The notes under the pieces are model-generated. The model did no database searches and was not told the origin of the DNA. It saw only the letters and a list, made by a program, of their open reading frames with translations. A program made the translations under genes and the position numbers. Shown piece by piece: positions 28,700 to 39,525 of a DNA stretch of 64,000 nt. The stretch's first letter is position 1; every line of letters starts with the position of its first letter. This DNA is from an uncultured Chloroflexia bacterium (GTDB lineage: Bacteria; Chloroflexota; Limnocylindria; Limnocylindrales; CSP1-4): contig CAVYBJ010000024.1 of NCBI GenBank assembly GCA_963766685.1, positions 101,844 to 165,843 on the forward strand. The letters run 5' to 3'.

Positions 28700-29372
28700 T
28701 CAGACGGTGGCCATCTGCCAGAGGAGGGTCGCCACGAGGTACTGGTCGCCCGTGGACGTGGCGGTCTCCTCGTGCAGGCTCCGGAGTCGCCGCGATGACG
28801 GCGCGCAGGCCGATCCGGTCGACCAGCTGGAAGGGCCCCAGCGGGAAGCCAGCCACGGCCCGCATGACCTCGTCGATGGCCGGCGGGGCGCCCAGCCCAT
28901 CGGCCACGGCGCGGTAGGCCTCGTTGACGACGGCCAGCTCGATGCGCTCCACGATGTGCTCCGGCGCCAGCGGCGCGGCCAGCGGTCGCGCGACGTCCGG
29001 GACAGCCCGCCCGTCCGGGCCGTAGCGGTAGAAGCCGCGGCCCGTGGCACGACCCAGGCGCCCGGCGGCCACCAGCTCCCGCTGCAGCCGTGGCGAGGCG
29101 AAGCGCTCCTCGCCCCAGGTCTCGACGAGCGCGTCGCCGATGGCCAGGTCCACGTCCAGGCCGACCTCGTCGAGGGTTCGGAGCGGCCCGCGAGCGTAGC
29201 CGGCTGACTCGAGCGCCCCGTCGACGTCCGCCACGCTGGCCTGCCCCGCCTCCAGCATGCGCACGGCCTCGACGAAGAACGGACGGCCGACCCGCCGCGC
29301 GACGAGGGCCGCTGCGTCGAGTGGCTCGGCCGCACCGGCCGCGTCGGGCGCCGCTGCGCATGCGCGGCCGTC
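28700..29372 (-). pseudogene. 3-hydroxyacyl-CoA dehydrogenase remnant: two C-terminal domains, no NAD-binding domain
   Basis: The reading frame opens immediately after the hydrolase stop codon and begins at the ..RRVGRPFFVEAVRMLEAG.. segment. It continues with GPLRTLDEVGLDV and a second repeat NEAYRAVADG..GFPLGPFQLVDRIGL. One shift occurs near 28800. Confidence 0.6.
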
Positions 29373-30141
29373 TCAGCCACGTACGGCCTCCGAGGCGCGC
29401 AGGAACTGCAGCATGGCCTGGTTGAACAGCGAGGGACGCTCGGCGGTCAGCGACATGGCCGACGCCCGGCGCCACGAAGAGGCTGGCCTCCGGCAGCTGG
29501 CGATGCAGGCGCACGGCCTGCTCCAGGGGCACCCACGGGTCGCGATCGCCGCAGGCGAGCAGGATCGGCAGCCGGGCCGCAGCAGCTCCTCCGGCCGCGG
29601 GTGGCGCTGCGCGAGGATGTCGTCGCGGACCGCCACGAGCAGCTTCCGCCAGGCGCCGTGGCCCTGGGTCGGGTCGTGGCGGCGCGCCAGCCTCGCGGCC
29701 CAGGCCGGGTCGTCTCGCTCCAGCCGCTCGGGGTCCATGAGGCGGCGGGCGACGCTGTTGCGCGGCTCGGGCTCCACGCCGACGGCTGCCAGCACGGCCG
29801 ACCGGAGGCGCTCCGGGTGCAGGATGGCGAAGGCCAGCGCCGTGCCCGGCGCCCATCGAGAGGCCGGCCACGTGGAAGCGCTGCAGGCCCAGCCCGTCCG
29901 CGAAGGCCAGCAGGTCGTCGACGAGCATCGCGTGGCTCCAGCCCTGGTCGGTGTCCCAGCGCGTCCCGGCATGGCCGCGGGCGTCGGGCAGGTAGAGGGT
30001 GAAGTGCTGGCGCAGCAGGGGCCGCTGGGCGGCCCAGTCCTCCATCGCCGAGGAGGTCGCGGCATGCAGCAGGACGAGGGGCGGCCCCTGGCCCTCGGTC
30101 CGGTAGGCGATGCGCAGGCCGTTGGCCTCCAGCTCAGGCAC
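29373..30141 (-). pseudogene. alpha/beta-fold hydrolase (at least 3 frame breaks)
   Basis: Contains GLRIAYRTEGQGPPLVLLHA and the nucleophile elbow HVAGLSMGAG, then ILLACGDRDPWVP and a catalytic-His region (GVGHV..). The start is a GTG at 30141. Confidence 0.75.
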
Positions 30142-30254
30142 GCGAACGTCGCCCGGGTGCGGGACGGGCGGTGGGGCGGGTGCGCGTCGAGGTCGAGGTG
30201 GCTGGCATGCGTGGCCCCGATGGTCGCACGTCCGAGGCGCTACCCTCACGACCC

Positions 30255-30929
30255 ATGAGCAGCCAGCCTCCCGAGCTCCCCCAGCCACCGCACGAGGAGC
30301 TGCGCATCCGGCGCAGCGCGAAGCGGGCGCGCTACGACCGCCAGACCATCGAGGCCATCGTGGACGCCGCGCTCATCGCCCACGTGGGCACCGTGCGGGA
30401 CGGTGCGCCCCTGGTCATCCCGATGCTCTGCCTTCGCGACGGCGACTGGCTGCTGCTCCACGGCTCACCGGCCGCCGGCACCTTCGTGCGCGGCCGCGAC
30501 CAGGAGGTCTGCGTGACGCTGACCGTCCTCGACGGCCTGGTGCTGGCTCGCTCCGCCTTCCACCACTCGCTCAACTACCGCTCCGTCGTGGTCATCGGCA
30601 GGGCGGAGGTCGTGCGCGACGAGGATGAGCGGCGCCGTGCCCTGGAGGCGCTCATGGAACGGCTCGTGCCCGGGCGGCAGGCCACGCTCCGCCCGACCAC
30701 CGATGCCGAGGTGCGCCAGACGGCGGTCCTGCGCGTCTCCCTGGAGAAGGCCTCCGCCAAGATGCGCAGCGGGCCTCCGGCAGATGACGAGGCCGACTAC
30801 GACCTGCCCATCTGGGCCGGCCTGCTGCCGGTGACCACGACGTTCGGCACCCCGGAGCCGGACCCGCGCCTGGCGGCTGGCATCGAGGTCCCCGAGCACG
30901 TCCGGCGGCTGGCTGGCCGGCGACCCTGA
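30255..30929 (+). CDS. pyridoxamine 5'-phosphate oxidase-family (FMN-binding split-barrel) protein
   Basis: Intact within ORF 30171..30929, with ATG at 30255. Contains RRSAKRARYDRQTIEAIVDAALIAHVG..PMLCLRDGDWLLLHGS..SLNYRSVVVIGRAE. Confidence 0.7.
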   Translation: MSSQPPELPQPPHEELRIRRSAKRARYDRQTIEAIVDAALIAHVGTVRDGAPLVIPMLCLRDGDWLLLHGSPAAGTFVRGRDQEVCVTLTVLDGLVLARSAFHHSLNYRSVVVIGRAEVVRDEDERRRALEALMERLVPGRQATLRPTTDAEVRQTAVLRVSLEKASAKMRSGPPADDEADYDLPIWAGLLPVTTTFGTPEPDPRLAAGIEVPEHVRRLAGRRP

Positions 30930-30937
30930 ACGAAGGC

Positions 30938-31348
30938 TCAGGCGGGCTTCGGCGCCTCGCCCGAGGGATCGGGCTCGGGCTCGGGGAGCGGGTGCGAGAG
31001 GACGTCCTGCTGGTCGGGGTGCCGTTCCAGCCAGCGGATCACGAATGGGCAGCGCGGGATGACGGCCAGGCCGCGCGCGCGGGCGTCGCCGATGACCCAG
31101 GCCACCAGCTGGCTGGAAACGCCCTGTCCCTCGAAGCCCTCCTGGACTTCGGTGTGCAGGAGCGCGACCCACGTCGCCGAGCGCTCGTAGCTCACGATGG
31201 CCGCCAGCGCGCCCCCCTGGCCGACGCGAGCCTCGTACCGCTGACGCGGCTCGACGTCCGCGAAGTCGAGGTTGGGTCGCTGCACCGGGATGTGGTCGGG
31301 TTCGCGCTTCGGTCGCGGGTCGCTCGCGGGCCCATCCTGGTCGTTCAT
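30938..31348 (-). CDS. GNAT-family N-acetyltransferase (small YjdJ-like type)
   Basis: Intact 136-aa ORF containing FEGQGVSSQLVAWVIGDARARGLAVIPRCPFV. Its start overlaps the alpha-galactosidase stop. Confidence 0.65.
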   Translation of the reverse strand: MNDQDGPASDPRPKREPDHIPVQRPNLDFADVEPRQRYEARVGQGGALAAIVSYERSATWVALLHTEVQEGFEGQGVSSQLVAWVIGDARARGLAVIPRCPFVIRWLERHPDQQDVLSHPLPEPEPDPSGEAPKPA

Positions 31349-33582
31349 CGGTCGGCCTCCGCCACAGCCTCGAGCTCGAAGAGGCGGGCCTGGAAGTCGC
31401 CGCGGGCCTGCGCTTCCCAGGCGCGGTCGTCCAGGAAGAGGCCGACGCGCATGAGCTCGTCGCCGCCACGCTCCAGCTCGTTGGCGCGGGCCAGGGCGTC
31501 GTCAGACCCAGGCCAGACCGTCACCCGGTAGCGCGCCGCGGCGTCCAGGCCACGCAGTCGCAGCCGGCCCGGACCGGGCACCGTGTGGGACAGCACGCGG
31601 TACCAGCCCACGATGGCCCGCCGGCCATCGTCCGAGACGACCATCCAGGCCGTCTCGTTGCCATCGCCCTCGAAGGGGCTGACGAGGCGCAGGAAGCGGC
31701 CGCCGTGCAGGAGCTCGCGACGCTCGCGGTACCAGTCCACCTGTTCCCGGACCCGGGCGCGCTCGTCCTCCGTGAGGCGGCGCGGGTCGAGCTCGTAGCC
31801 CAGGTTGCCGAAGAAGGCCACCGCGGCCCGCATGTCGAGCGAGGTCAGGCGACCGACCTGGTGGTTGGGCACGGCCGAGACGTGGGCGCCCATCGCGCTC
31901 GTCGGATAGACCAGCGAGGTGCCGTACTGGATGCGCAAGCGCTCGACCGCGTCGGTGTCGTCGCTCGTCCAGGCCTGCGGCGCGAAGGCCAGCAGGCCCG
32001 GGTCGAAGCGCCCGCCGCCGCTCGCGCAGGATTCGAAGAGGATGTCCGGGAAGCGCCGCGTCAGGCGGTCGTAGAGGTCGTAGACGCCCAGCACGTAGCG
32101 GTGGAAGAACTCACCCTGCTGCCCGGGCGGCAAGCTGGCGCCGTAGGGCTCCGTGATGATGCGGTTCATGTCCCACTTCACGTAGGCGATGGGGGCGCTG
32201 GCGAGGATCTGCCCGATGGCCTGTTCGAGGTGGTCGACGACCTGCGGGTTCGAGAGGTCCAGCACGAGCTGGTTGCGCAGCTCGGAGCGGGTCCGTCCCG
32301 GGATGCCCACCGCCCACTCGGGATGCGCTTCGAACAGCTGGCTGCGGGGATTGACCATCTCCGGCTCGATCCAGATGCCGAAGGCCAGGCCGAGATCGTT
32401 GACACGCTGCACGAGGGCAGGCAGCCCGGAGGGCAGCTTGCGGGCGTCGACCGTCCAGTCGCCCAGCGACGAGGTGTCGTCGTCGCGCCGGCCGAACCAG
32501 CCGTCGTCGAGGACGAAGAGCTCGACGCCCAGGTCCGCCGCAGCGGCGGCCATCTCCACGATGCGGTCCTCGTCGAAGTCGAAGTAGACGCCTTCCCAGC
32601 TGTTGAGGAGGACCGGGCGTGGGCGATCCCGCCAGTGGCCGCGCACGAGGCGCTCCCGGTAGAGCCGGTGGTACGTCTCCGACACCCCGCCCACGCCCGA
32701 ATCGCTCCAGGCCAGCACGGCCTCCGGCGCCTGGAAGGACGAGCCGGGCAGGAGCTGCCAGCGGAGCGTCTCCGGGTCCAGGCCGAGGCGCGCGCGAGCG
32801 GTGCCGAAGGGGTCGACCTCCACCTCGGCCAGGAAGTTCCCCGAGTAGACCAGCGAGATGCCGATGGCCTCCCCGCTGGCCTCCGTCGTGGCCGGGCGTC
32901 GCAGCAGGAGGAAGGGGTTCTGGTAGTGGCTCGAGGTCCCATGCCGGCTGGCCAGGGCCCGTCGTCCGCGGATGAGCGGGGCCTCAGTGACGTGGCACTC
33001 GCGGCCCCAGGCGCCGGTGAGCTGGGCGAGGTGCCAGTCTGCGTCGGGCAGGTCCAGGCTGGCGCTCATGGCCGTCGTGAGTTCCACCGCCTGTTGGCCC
33101 TCGTTCATGACGCGCAGGCTGCGTACGATGAGCGGGCGATCGCGGTAGATGGTCAGGAGCAGGCGCACCACGAGTCCGGACGGTGTGTCCTCGAGGACGA
33201 CCTCGACGCTGTCCGCCTCCGCGTCGTCCTCCACGTAGGTCGCCGGCAGCCCCTGCAGGGCTGGCTTGCCGGGCAGCAGACGGTGCTCGCGGTAGACGAG
33301 GTCGAGGATGTCACTGCCATCCGCGTGGCGGACCGCCAGTCCGGGGGCCCGGAGGTCGCCGCGACCGTTCGTGGGCACTTCCGTGCCGACCGGGTCGAGC
33401 ACCTGGTTCTGCTGCGCGACGAAGGCACGGCGGATGAGGTGCCGGTAGTCCGTGCCGGCAGCCAGCGGCGCGCCGAAGTGGAGGTGGGCCAGCGTGCCCG
33501 TCTCGAGCACAGCCATCACGTGGCTGATGGCCGGGTTGTAGAGGTGCAGCTGGCGCCCCTCCGGGCGCCACTCGATGGGCAT
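31345..33582 (-). CDS. alpha-galactosidase, GH36 family
   Basis: Intact 745-aa ORF with NSWEGVYFDFDE, ELFVLDDGWFGRRDDD, GIWIEPEMVN, YVKWDMNR and CASGGGRFD. Confidence 0.9.
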   Translation of the reverse strand: MPIEWRPEGRQLHLYNPAISHVMAVLETGTLAHLHFGAPLAAGTDYRHLIRRAFVAQQNQVLDPVGTEVPTNGRGDLRAPGLAVRHADGSDILDLVYREHRLLPGKPALQGLPATYVEDDAEADSVEVVLEDTPSGLVVRLLLTIYRDRPLIVRSLRVMNEGQQAVELTTAMSASLDLPDADWHLAQLTGAWGRECHVTEAPLIRGRRALASRHGTSSHYQNPFLLLRRPATTEASGEAIGISLVYSGNFLAEVEVDPFGTARARLGLDPETLRWQLLPGSSFQAPEAVLAWSDSGVGGVSETYHRLYRERLVRGHWRDRPRPVLLNSWEGVYFDFDEDRIVEMAAAAADLGVELFVLDDGWFGRRDDDTSSLGDWTVDARKLPSGLPALVQRVNDLGLAFGIWIEPEMVNPRSQLFEAHPEWAVGIPGRTRSELRNQLVLDLSNPQVVDHLEQAIGQILASAPIAYVKWDMNRIITEPYGASLPPGQQGEFFHRYVLGVYDLYDRLTRRFPDILFESCASGGGRFDPGLLAFAPQAWTSDDTDAVERLRIQYGTSLVYPTSAMGAHVSAVPNHQVGRLTSLDMRAAVAFFGNLGYELDPRRLTEDERARVREQVDWYRERRELLHGGRFLRLVSPFEGDGNETAWMVVSDDGRRAIVGWYRVLSHTVPGPGRLRLRGLDAAARYRVTVWPGSDDALARANELERGGDELMRVGLFLDDRAWEAQARGDFQARLFELEAVAEADR

Positions 33583-33761
33583 GGCCAGCGATCTCCTTGT
33601 GCGATGTGCGACGACCAGTTACGGTATGGGCGGTTCGGCCGGTCGAGCGCACGCGCCCCGATGGTACGACGTCCTCTTGGCGGCGCATCCACACACAAGT
33701 GCGGTCTCGATTACGATACGTGCCGTTTGGCATAGGCCGTGAAACACAAGGGGAACGATCC

Positions 33762-34016
33762 GTGAAGAAGACCATCGTGGCTGGCGCGCTTGTCCTGAGC
33801 CTCTTCGTCGTCGGCTGCAACAACGACAAGGCCACGCCCGCTCCCACCACCGAGGCCCAGGCCGTGGAGTCCATGGCAGCTGAGGCGCAGGGTGCGGCCG
33901 AGTCCCTCGCGGCCGAGGTCGAGGGTGCCGCGGAGTCCGCGGCTGCCGACGCCCAGGAAGCCGTCGAGTCCATGGCAGCTGAGGTCGTGGACGCCGTCGC
34001 GTCGCCGGCGGCCTGA
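33762..34016 (+). CDS. small lipoprotein with alanine/glutamate-rich internal repeats
   Basis: GTG at 33762 preceded by AAGGGGA. Lipobox LFVVGC. Repeated E(S)xAAE units follow (VESMAAEAQGAAESLAAEVEGAAESAAADAQEAVESMAAEV). Confidence 0.5.
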   Translation: MKKTIVAGALVLSLFVVGCNNDKATPAPTTEAQAVESMAAEAQGAAESLAAEVEGAAESAAADAQEAVESMAAEVVDAVASPAA

Positions 34017-34091
34017 CGCCCGGCGAGCAACGCTCGAACGGAAGGCCGCCTGGGTGACCGGGCGGCCTTCGCGATTCCCGGGGGCGGCTGC

Positions 34092-34509
34092 CTAGATGGC
34101 GCGCATGCGGTTGCCGCGCTTCTCGTGGGTCAGCTCCGCCAGGCCGAGCGCCTCCAGCAGCGGCGGCAGGTACATGCCGAAGCGCCCGCGGTAGCCCTTG
34201 CGCAGCCCGTACCAGCCGCCGACCGGGTTGTCCGCGGCGCGCCCCCATGCCTCGACGCTGCCCGGCGGGCGGCTCCTTGCCCTCGTCTGTGGCACCCAGG
34301 TCCATCCAGTCACCGTGGGCCACGAGCATGGCGTGCAGGTCCTCGATGCAGCGCGCCTGGTAGGTGAGCCGGGTCGAGCCGACCTGACAGACGAGCACAG
34401 CTGGCTCCACCGTGTCGTCGCGAAACATCGTGTAGGTGGAGGATCCCGGTGCCGTCACCAGGGTCCAGGGATCATCGTGGGTGCCGCTGCCGGTCTTCGT
34501 CATGGCCAT
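34092..34509 (-). pseudogene. conserved hypothetical protein (one break near 34290)
   Basis: MTKTGSGTHDDPWTLVTAPGSSTYTMFRDD..LVCQVGSTRLTY joins to ..VEAWGRAADNPVGGWYGLRKGYRGRFGMYLPPLLEALGLAELTH. It resembles a widespread uncharacterised family, from memory. Confidence 0.5.
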
Positions 34510-34583
34510 CGTCCTCCTGATGCGGGGGTGGCCGACAGCCTAGCTCCGGACGGCCCGCCCGTGAAGTGTCCCGCAGGGTGGGC

Positions 34584-35762
34584 TCAGCGCCAGTCGGGCT
34601 CGTAGGGGAAGCGGGCCAGCACCCAGTAGCCGCGGCCCGTCGCCGGGACCGGCATCCAGCGTGCCGCCCAGCGCCGCGACCTCGTCGCGCGCGGCCAGCA
34701 GTCCCGCCGTCGCCTGCATCGCGTCCCCGTCCTCGGTTCCCACGCCGTCATCGACGACCTCCACCTGGAGCTCGTCTGGCAGGTACCGCACGACGACATC
34801 CGACCGCTCGGCCTGGCTGTGATGGAGCGTGCTCATGAGCGCCTCGTGGACGACCCGGTAGGCCACCGCGTCGAGGTCCGGTGTGAGAGGCGCGGGCTCG
34901 CCCTCGACGCGGACGGCCACGCGCAGGCCGGCCTCGGTGACCGAGACGGCGAGGTAGTCCAGGTCGTCGAGGCCCGGACGCGGCTCGGGCAGCGGGCGTG
35001 CCATCAGGGGAGAGCAGCAACCCGGTCAAGCGCTGGGTCTCCTCCAGTGCCTCGGTCCCGGCGGCTTCGATGATGGCCAGTGACCGGCGCGCCTGCTCCG
35101 GCTCGGCCGTGAGCAGCCGTCGGGCGGTGCGCGACTGGAGCACGACGGCGCTCATGGAGCGCTCGATGACGTCGCGCAGCTCGCGGACGGTGTCGTCCCG
35201 GCCGACCGAATCGGGGACGCCGGCAGCCGGCCTCCCAGTCCAGCTGACCGACGAGGCGGTCGTCACCGCGCCCCACCCGCACGCTGCGCACGGCGAGGCC
35301 CAGCAGCCAGGCGCCGGCGAGGACGAACACCGGCCACGCCACGTCGCGCGCCTCGAGGCCCGGTCCGGGCGTGCGCACCACCGCCAGGCCCGCCAGGGCG
35401 CCGACACCCAGCGCGCCGACCTGCCCGGCGCGGCCGCCCGCCCAGGCGCCCGTCGAGTACACGGCCAGGACGACGCCGGCCAGGAGGCTCCAGGACGACG
35501 TCAGCGACAGTCGACCGGCCAGCCCGAGCGCCACGAAGGCGAGGCCCAGCGGCAGCAGCGGCAGGCGCCTGCGCAGCGCCAGCGAGAGCAGGAAGAGCAC
35601 CCCGGTCCCGAGCACCACGCCCTCGTCCACGCGCAGGCCAGTGACGACCGGCTCGCCCGAGACGGGCTCAGCCGCGATGGCCGCCTCGATGAGGTACGCC
35701 ATCGCGAGCAGGACCGCGATGACCGCGTCGAGGTGGGCCCGGAGACCACGGATCACGACCAC
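34584..35762 (-). pseudogene. membrane sensor histidine-kinase-like protein (HisKA_3/DesK type) with degenerate H and N boxes (at least 3 breaks)
   Basis: Five or six N-terminal TM segments. The dimerisation helix reads TVRELRDVIERSMSAVVLQSRTARRLL. The ATPase-like part reads YRVVHEALMSTLHHS..VEVVDDGVG..ALGGTLDAGP. No response regulator gene is adjacent. Confidence 0.65.
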
Positions 35763-35880
35763 GCCCGCAGGCTACCCCACGGGCGAACCGTCATGAGCGC
35801 CGTGATGCGAGGCCGCCGTGTCACGGCGACACCGGCGCCGACGGTCGGGCGCCGCGCTGGCACCGGCAGCGGCGGAGCAG

Positions 35881-37774
35881 TCAGACGCGAGCGCTGCCGT
35901 CCCAGTAGCGGTTGGCCAGCTGCCAGGCGTCCTTGCCGCACTGCGAGCCCATGAGCCTGCCGCGGAAGTCGTCAGCGGCGATGTGGATGCCGCCGTAGAT
36001 GCGTGACAGGCCGGCCTGGTCGGCGGCGTCGTAGTAGGTCGCCCACTGGAGCTGCACGTCCTGGCTGGGCCCGGCCTCGAACTCCAGGTCGCCGGCCGGG
36101 ATGGTCCAGGTGCCGAGGCCGCCGGGGAAGTACTCCGAGCCGGTCATGCGCCGTGAGCACCTCGGCCGCGGCGCGGCTGAAGGTGGAGTGGCCAGAGACG
36201 TAGGCGGGGAAGGCGGGCGTCACGAAGGTCGGCAGCTGGTAGGGCACCCACTCCACGGCCCGGATCCAGTCGACGCCGCCGATGCCGTTCTCGGGATCCT
36301 CCGGGTTGCCGGTCCAGGTGCGGATGGCGATCTCGCCGACGTGGTCGGCGAGCTGCTCGTGGCGCTGCCCGGGCGCGGAGGACTCCGCGGTGATGACCTC
36401 CACCAGGCCGTCCTCGAGGGGCAGGCCCTGCGGGATGGTAGGACGGGGCCGGCCGGGTCGCTCGACTGGCCCAGGCCGCCCATGTAGCGGATCATCGAGA
36501 TGGGCCGCACGGTGTCGTAGTGGCCCTTGCAGCCCCAGGCCGCCACGGCCGCGTCGTGGACGGCACCGTTCAGGGCCAGGTACATCTTGACGTCCCACTC
36601 GAGCGGGTCCAGGGCCTCGCCCTGGCCGCCCAGCCGACGCTCGAAGCCGGGCGCGTCGGTGACGGCGTTGGCGATGGTGTTCCAGTGGCCGGGCGGGGTC
36701 TCGCTGTTCGGACCATCGGCCCAGAACTCCGCGAGGACCCTCGCGAAGTCGGCGCGGGGCACGACATCAGCCGCGTAGGGCTGGCCGGTGGCCGGGTTGA
36801 GGGCATGGCCGGAGCCGTCGTTGGTGCCCAGCGGGTTGGCACCCATGCACCGCCGGCGAGATGTCCACCATCTCCCCGTCACGCGGATCGAGCATGCTGC
36901 TGTCGCGGATGACACCGAGGGCGCCCTCCTTGTAGTCCGTGTCGCCGACCGGGTCGCCCAGCAAGGGCGGCGCGCCCGGGTCGATGGGCAGGCCGGGCTC
37001 ACCGGACGGTGGCAGGGCGAACGCGGTCACGTTGCCCCAGTGCGTGGTCACGGCCTGCTGCGGCCCCACGGGCTGCGGGATGCCGTTCTGCGTGTAGGAG
37101 ACCTCCAGGGCCAGCGGCTGCCAGCGGTTGGGGTCGTTCATGACCGTGCCCGGCAGCTCCACGATGAGCGGGTCGTTGACCGGCTCGATAGTTCGACTTG
37201 TAGTCCTTTCGCTCGAGGGAGCCGTCCTTGAGCGTGGTGCGGATGATCGTGTCGGCGATGCGGTTCCCGAGCGCCGCCGGCGAGGCGCCCCTCGTGCTGG
37301 CACGGGCGACGGGGTAGCACAGCGCGGTCATGAGACGGTCGAACTCGCGCGAGGCTCTGCTTGCCACCGGCGGCCCCCGCGTAGCGGTGGCTGAGGACCC
37401 GGTAGGCCGCGTAGCTGATGGTCTCGTCGCGGGCAGCCTGTACGGCGGCGGGGTCCTCCAGGACCACCTTCTCATCGACGAAGACGCCGTCCGCGAGCGG
37501 GTCGTAGGCCGCCCAGGCGTCCCACATCGCTGCGGAGGTGTGATAGAGGTTGCGCGCGTGGACCGTGGGGCGCGGCGTGTCGCGACGGATGGCGTCCAGC
37601 AGGGCCTCGTCCCAGAGGCGCGCCACGGAATGGCTGCGGTCGGCGGTGGGGATGCAGGCCGCCTTCGCTGGAGCGGCGCTCGCGGAGGCGGGCGAGGCCA
37701 CGAGGCTGGCGGTCAGCGCGAGGGCGGCAAGGAGCCGCGCCCCCCAAGTGGTACCTGTCGGTGGCCTTGAACAT
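35881..37774 (-). pseudogene. secreted PAP2-superfamily / vanadium-dependent haloperoxidase-like protein (at least 5 breaks)
   Basis: A signal peptide is recovered after a shift inside a G6 run near 37745. Signature motifs are FPAYVSGHSTFSRAAAEVL and LSRIYGGIHIAADDF. Pieces lie in ORFs 37138..37701, 36767..37303, 36220..37002, 35972..36598 and 35881..36147. Confidence 0.75.
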
Positions 37775-37867
37775 GCATCACTCCTGCGTCACCCACGGTC
37801 ACGAGAGGACCCGATGCTACTCCGGCCGGCGCCGCGGGGCGAGTGCGCCGGCTAGACTGGGCCGGTC

Positions 37868-39525
37868 ATGAAGCGAACCGTGCAGGCGAGTCCTGGTGAC
37901 CATCGTGGCTGCCCTGCTGCTCCTGCCGACGACAGCCTTGGCCGCCAAGCCATCCAGGGGCCAGCCCAGAGTCCCGACGTTCGTGGACGAGACCGCCAGC
38001 GCCGGCCTCGACCACCGCTACGACGGCGAGTACCAGTTCTTCACGGGCGGCGGCGTGGCCGTCCTCGATTGTGATGACGACGGCCTGCCGGACCTCTTCT
38101 TGGCCGGCGGAGCGGAACCGGCCGGCCTCTTCCGCAACGAGAGCCAGGTCGGCGGCGACCTCGCCTTCAGCCAGGTGCCCAGCGAGACGACCGACCTGAC
38201 CGAGGTCACGGGCGCCTACCCGATCGACATCGACAGCGACGGCATCGGGGACCTGGTCGTCCTGCGACGCGGCGAGAACGTGCTGCTGCGTGGCGTCGGC
38301 GACTGCGCCTTCGAGCGCGCCAACGAGGCCCTGGGCTTCGACGGTGGAGACGGCTGGACGGTCTCCTTCAGCGCCAAGTGGGATCCCGGCGCCACGCTGC
38401 CGACGCTGGCCCTGGGCGACTACCTCGACCATCGTCGAGTACCCGAAGGTGCCCGACTGCGCCGGCGTGGCCGTGCACCGGCCGGCCGCCGACGGCCAGG
38501 GCTACGCGGCGCCCGAACCGCTCCTGCCGGCGTGGTGCCCGCTGTCGATCCTCTTCAGCGACTGGGACCGCTCGGGGCGGCGGGACCTGCGCGTCAGCAA
38601 CGACCGCCAGTACTACCCGCGCCAGGAGGGCGAGGAGCAGCTCTGGCGGGTCGAGCCGGGCCAGGCGCCCGCCGCCTGGACGCGGGAGGAGGGCTGGCAG
38701 CGGGTCCAGCTGGAGGGCATGAGCATCGCCAGTGATGACGTCACCGGTGACGGCTTTCCCGAGTACTACCTCTCCAGCATGGCCGACAACAAGCTCATGA
38801 CCCTGGTCGACGGGCCCGACCGCCCGGACTTCAGCAACATCGCGCTCGACCGCGGCGTGACCGTCGCGCAGCCCGTTCGCCGGGGGCGAGCGCCTCCCTT
38901 CGACCTCCTGGCATGCCGAGTTCGACGACGTCAACAACGACGGCCTCCTCGACCTGTACGTGGCCAAGGGCAACGTGGAGGCCATGCCCGACCACGCCAT
39001 GAAGGACCCCAGCGAGCTCTTCCTGGGTCGGGCAGACGGCACCTTCGAGCGGGCCGCGAAGGCCGCCGGCATCCTGCACTTCGACCGCACGCGGGGTGCC
39101 GCCCTCACCGACCTCAACCTGGACGGCCTGCTCGACCTGGTGGAGGTCAACCGGCGGGAGCCGGTGCGCCTCTGGCGCAACGTCGGCGCCGGGACGGCCG
39201 AGAAGCCCAGGGCCATGGGGCACTGGCTATCGGTGGAGCTGGAGCAGCCGGCACCCAACCGGGACGCCATCGGCGCCTGGATCGAGGTCGAGCACGACGG
39301 GCAGACGTCCGACGCGCGAGGTGACCATCGGTGGCGGGCACGCTGGCGGCCAACTGGGCCCTGTCCACTTCGGCCTGGGCGCGTCGGACACGGCTCGCCT
39401 GCGCGTCACCTGGCCGGACGGCGAGGTGGGGGCCTGGATGGACGTGGCGGCCGACCAGCGGCTGCGCATCGAGCGGGGCAGCGACCAGCCGGTCGATGCT
39501 GCCCGACCCGGAGGGACGACCATGA
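37868..39525 (+). pseudogene. FG-GAP repeat / ASPIC-UnbV (CRTAC1-family) secreted protein (about 5 breaks; end uncertain)
   Basis: Signal peptide, then repeated Ca-binding FG-GAP motifs (DCDDDGLPDLFLAGG, DIDSDGIGDLVV, DVTGDGFPEY, DVNNDGLLDLYV, DLNLDGLLDLVEV). The UnbV tail reads NRDAIGAWIEVE..GGGHAGGQLGPVHFGLG. The putative TGA overlaps the next ATG. Confidence 0.75.
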
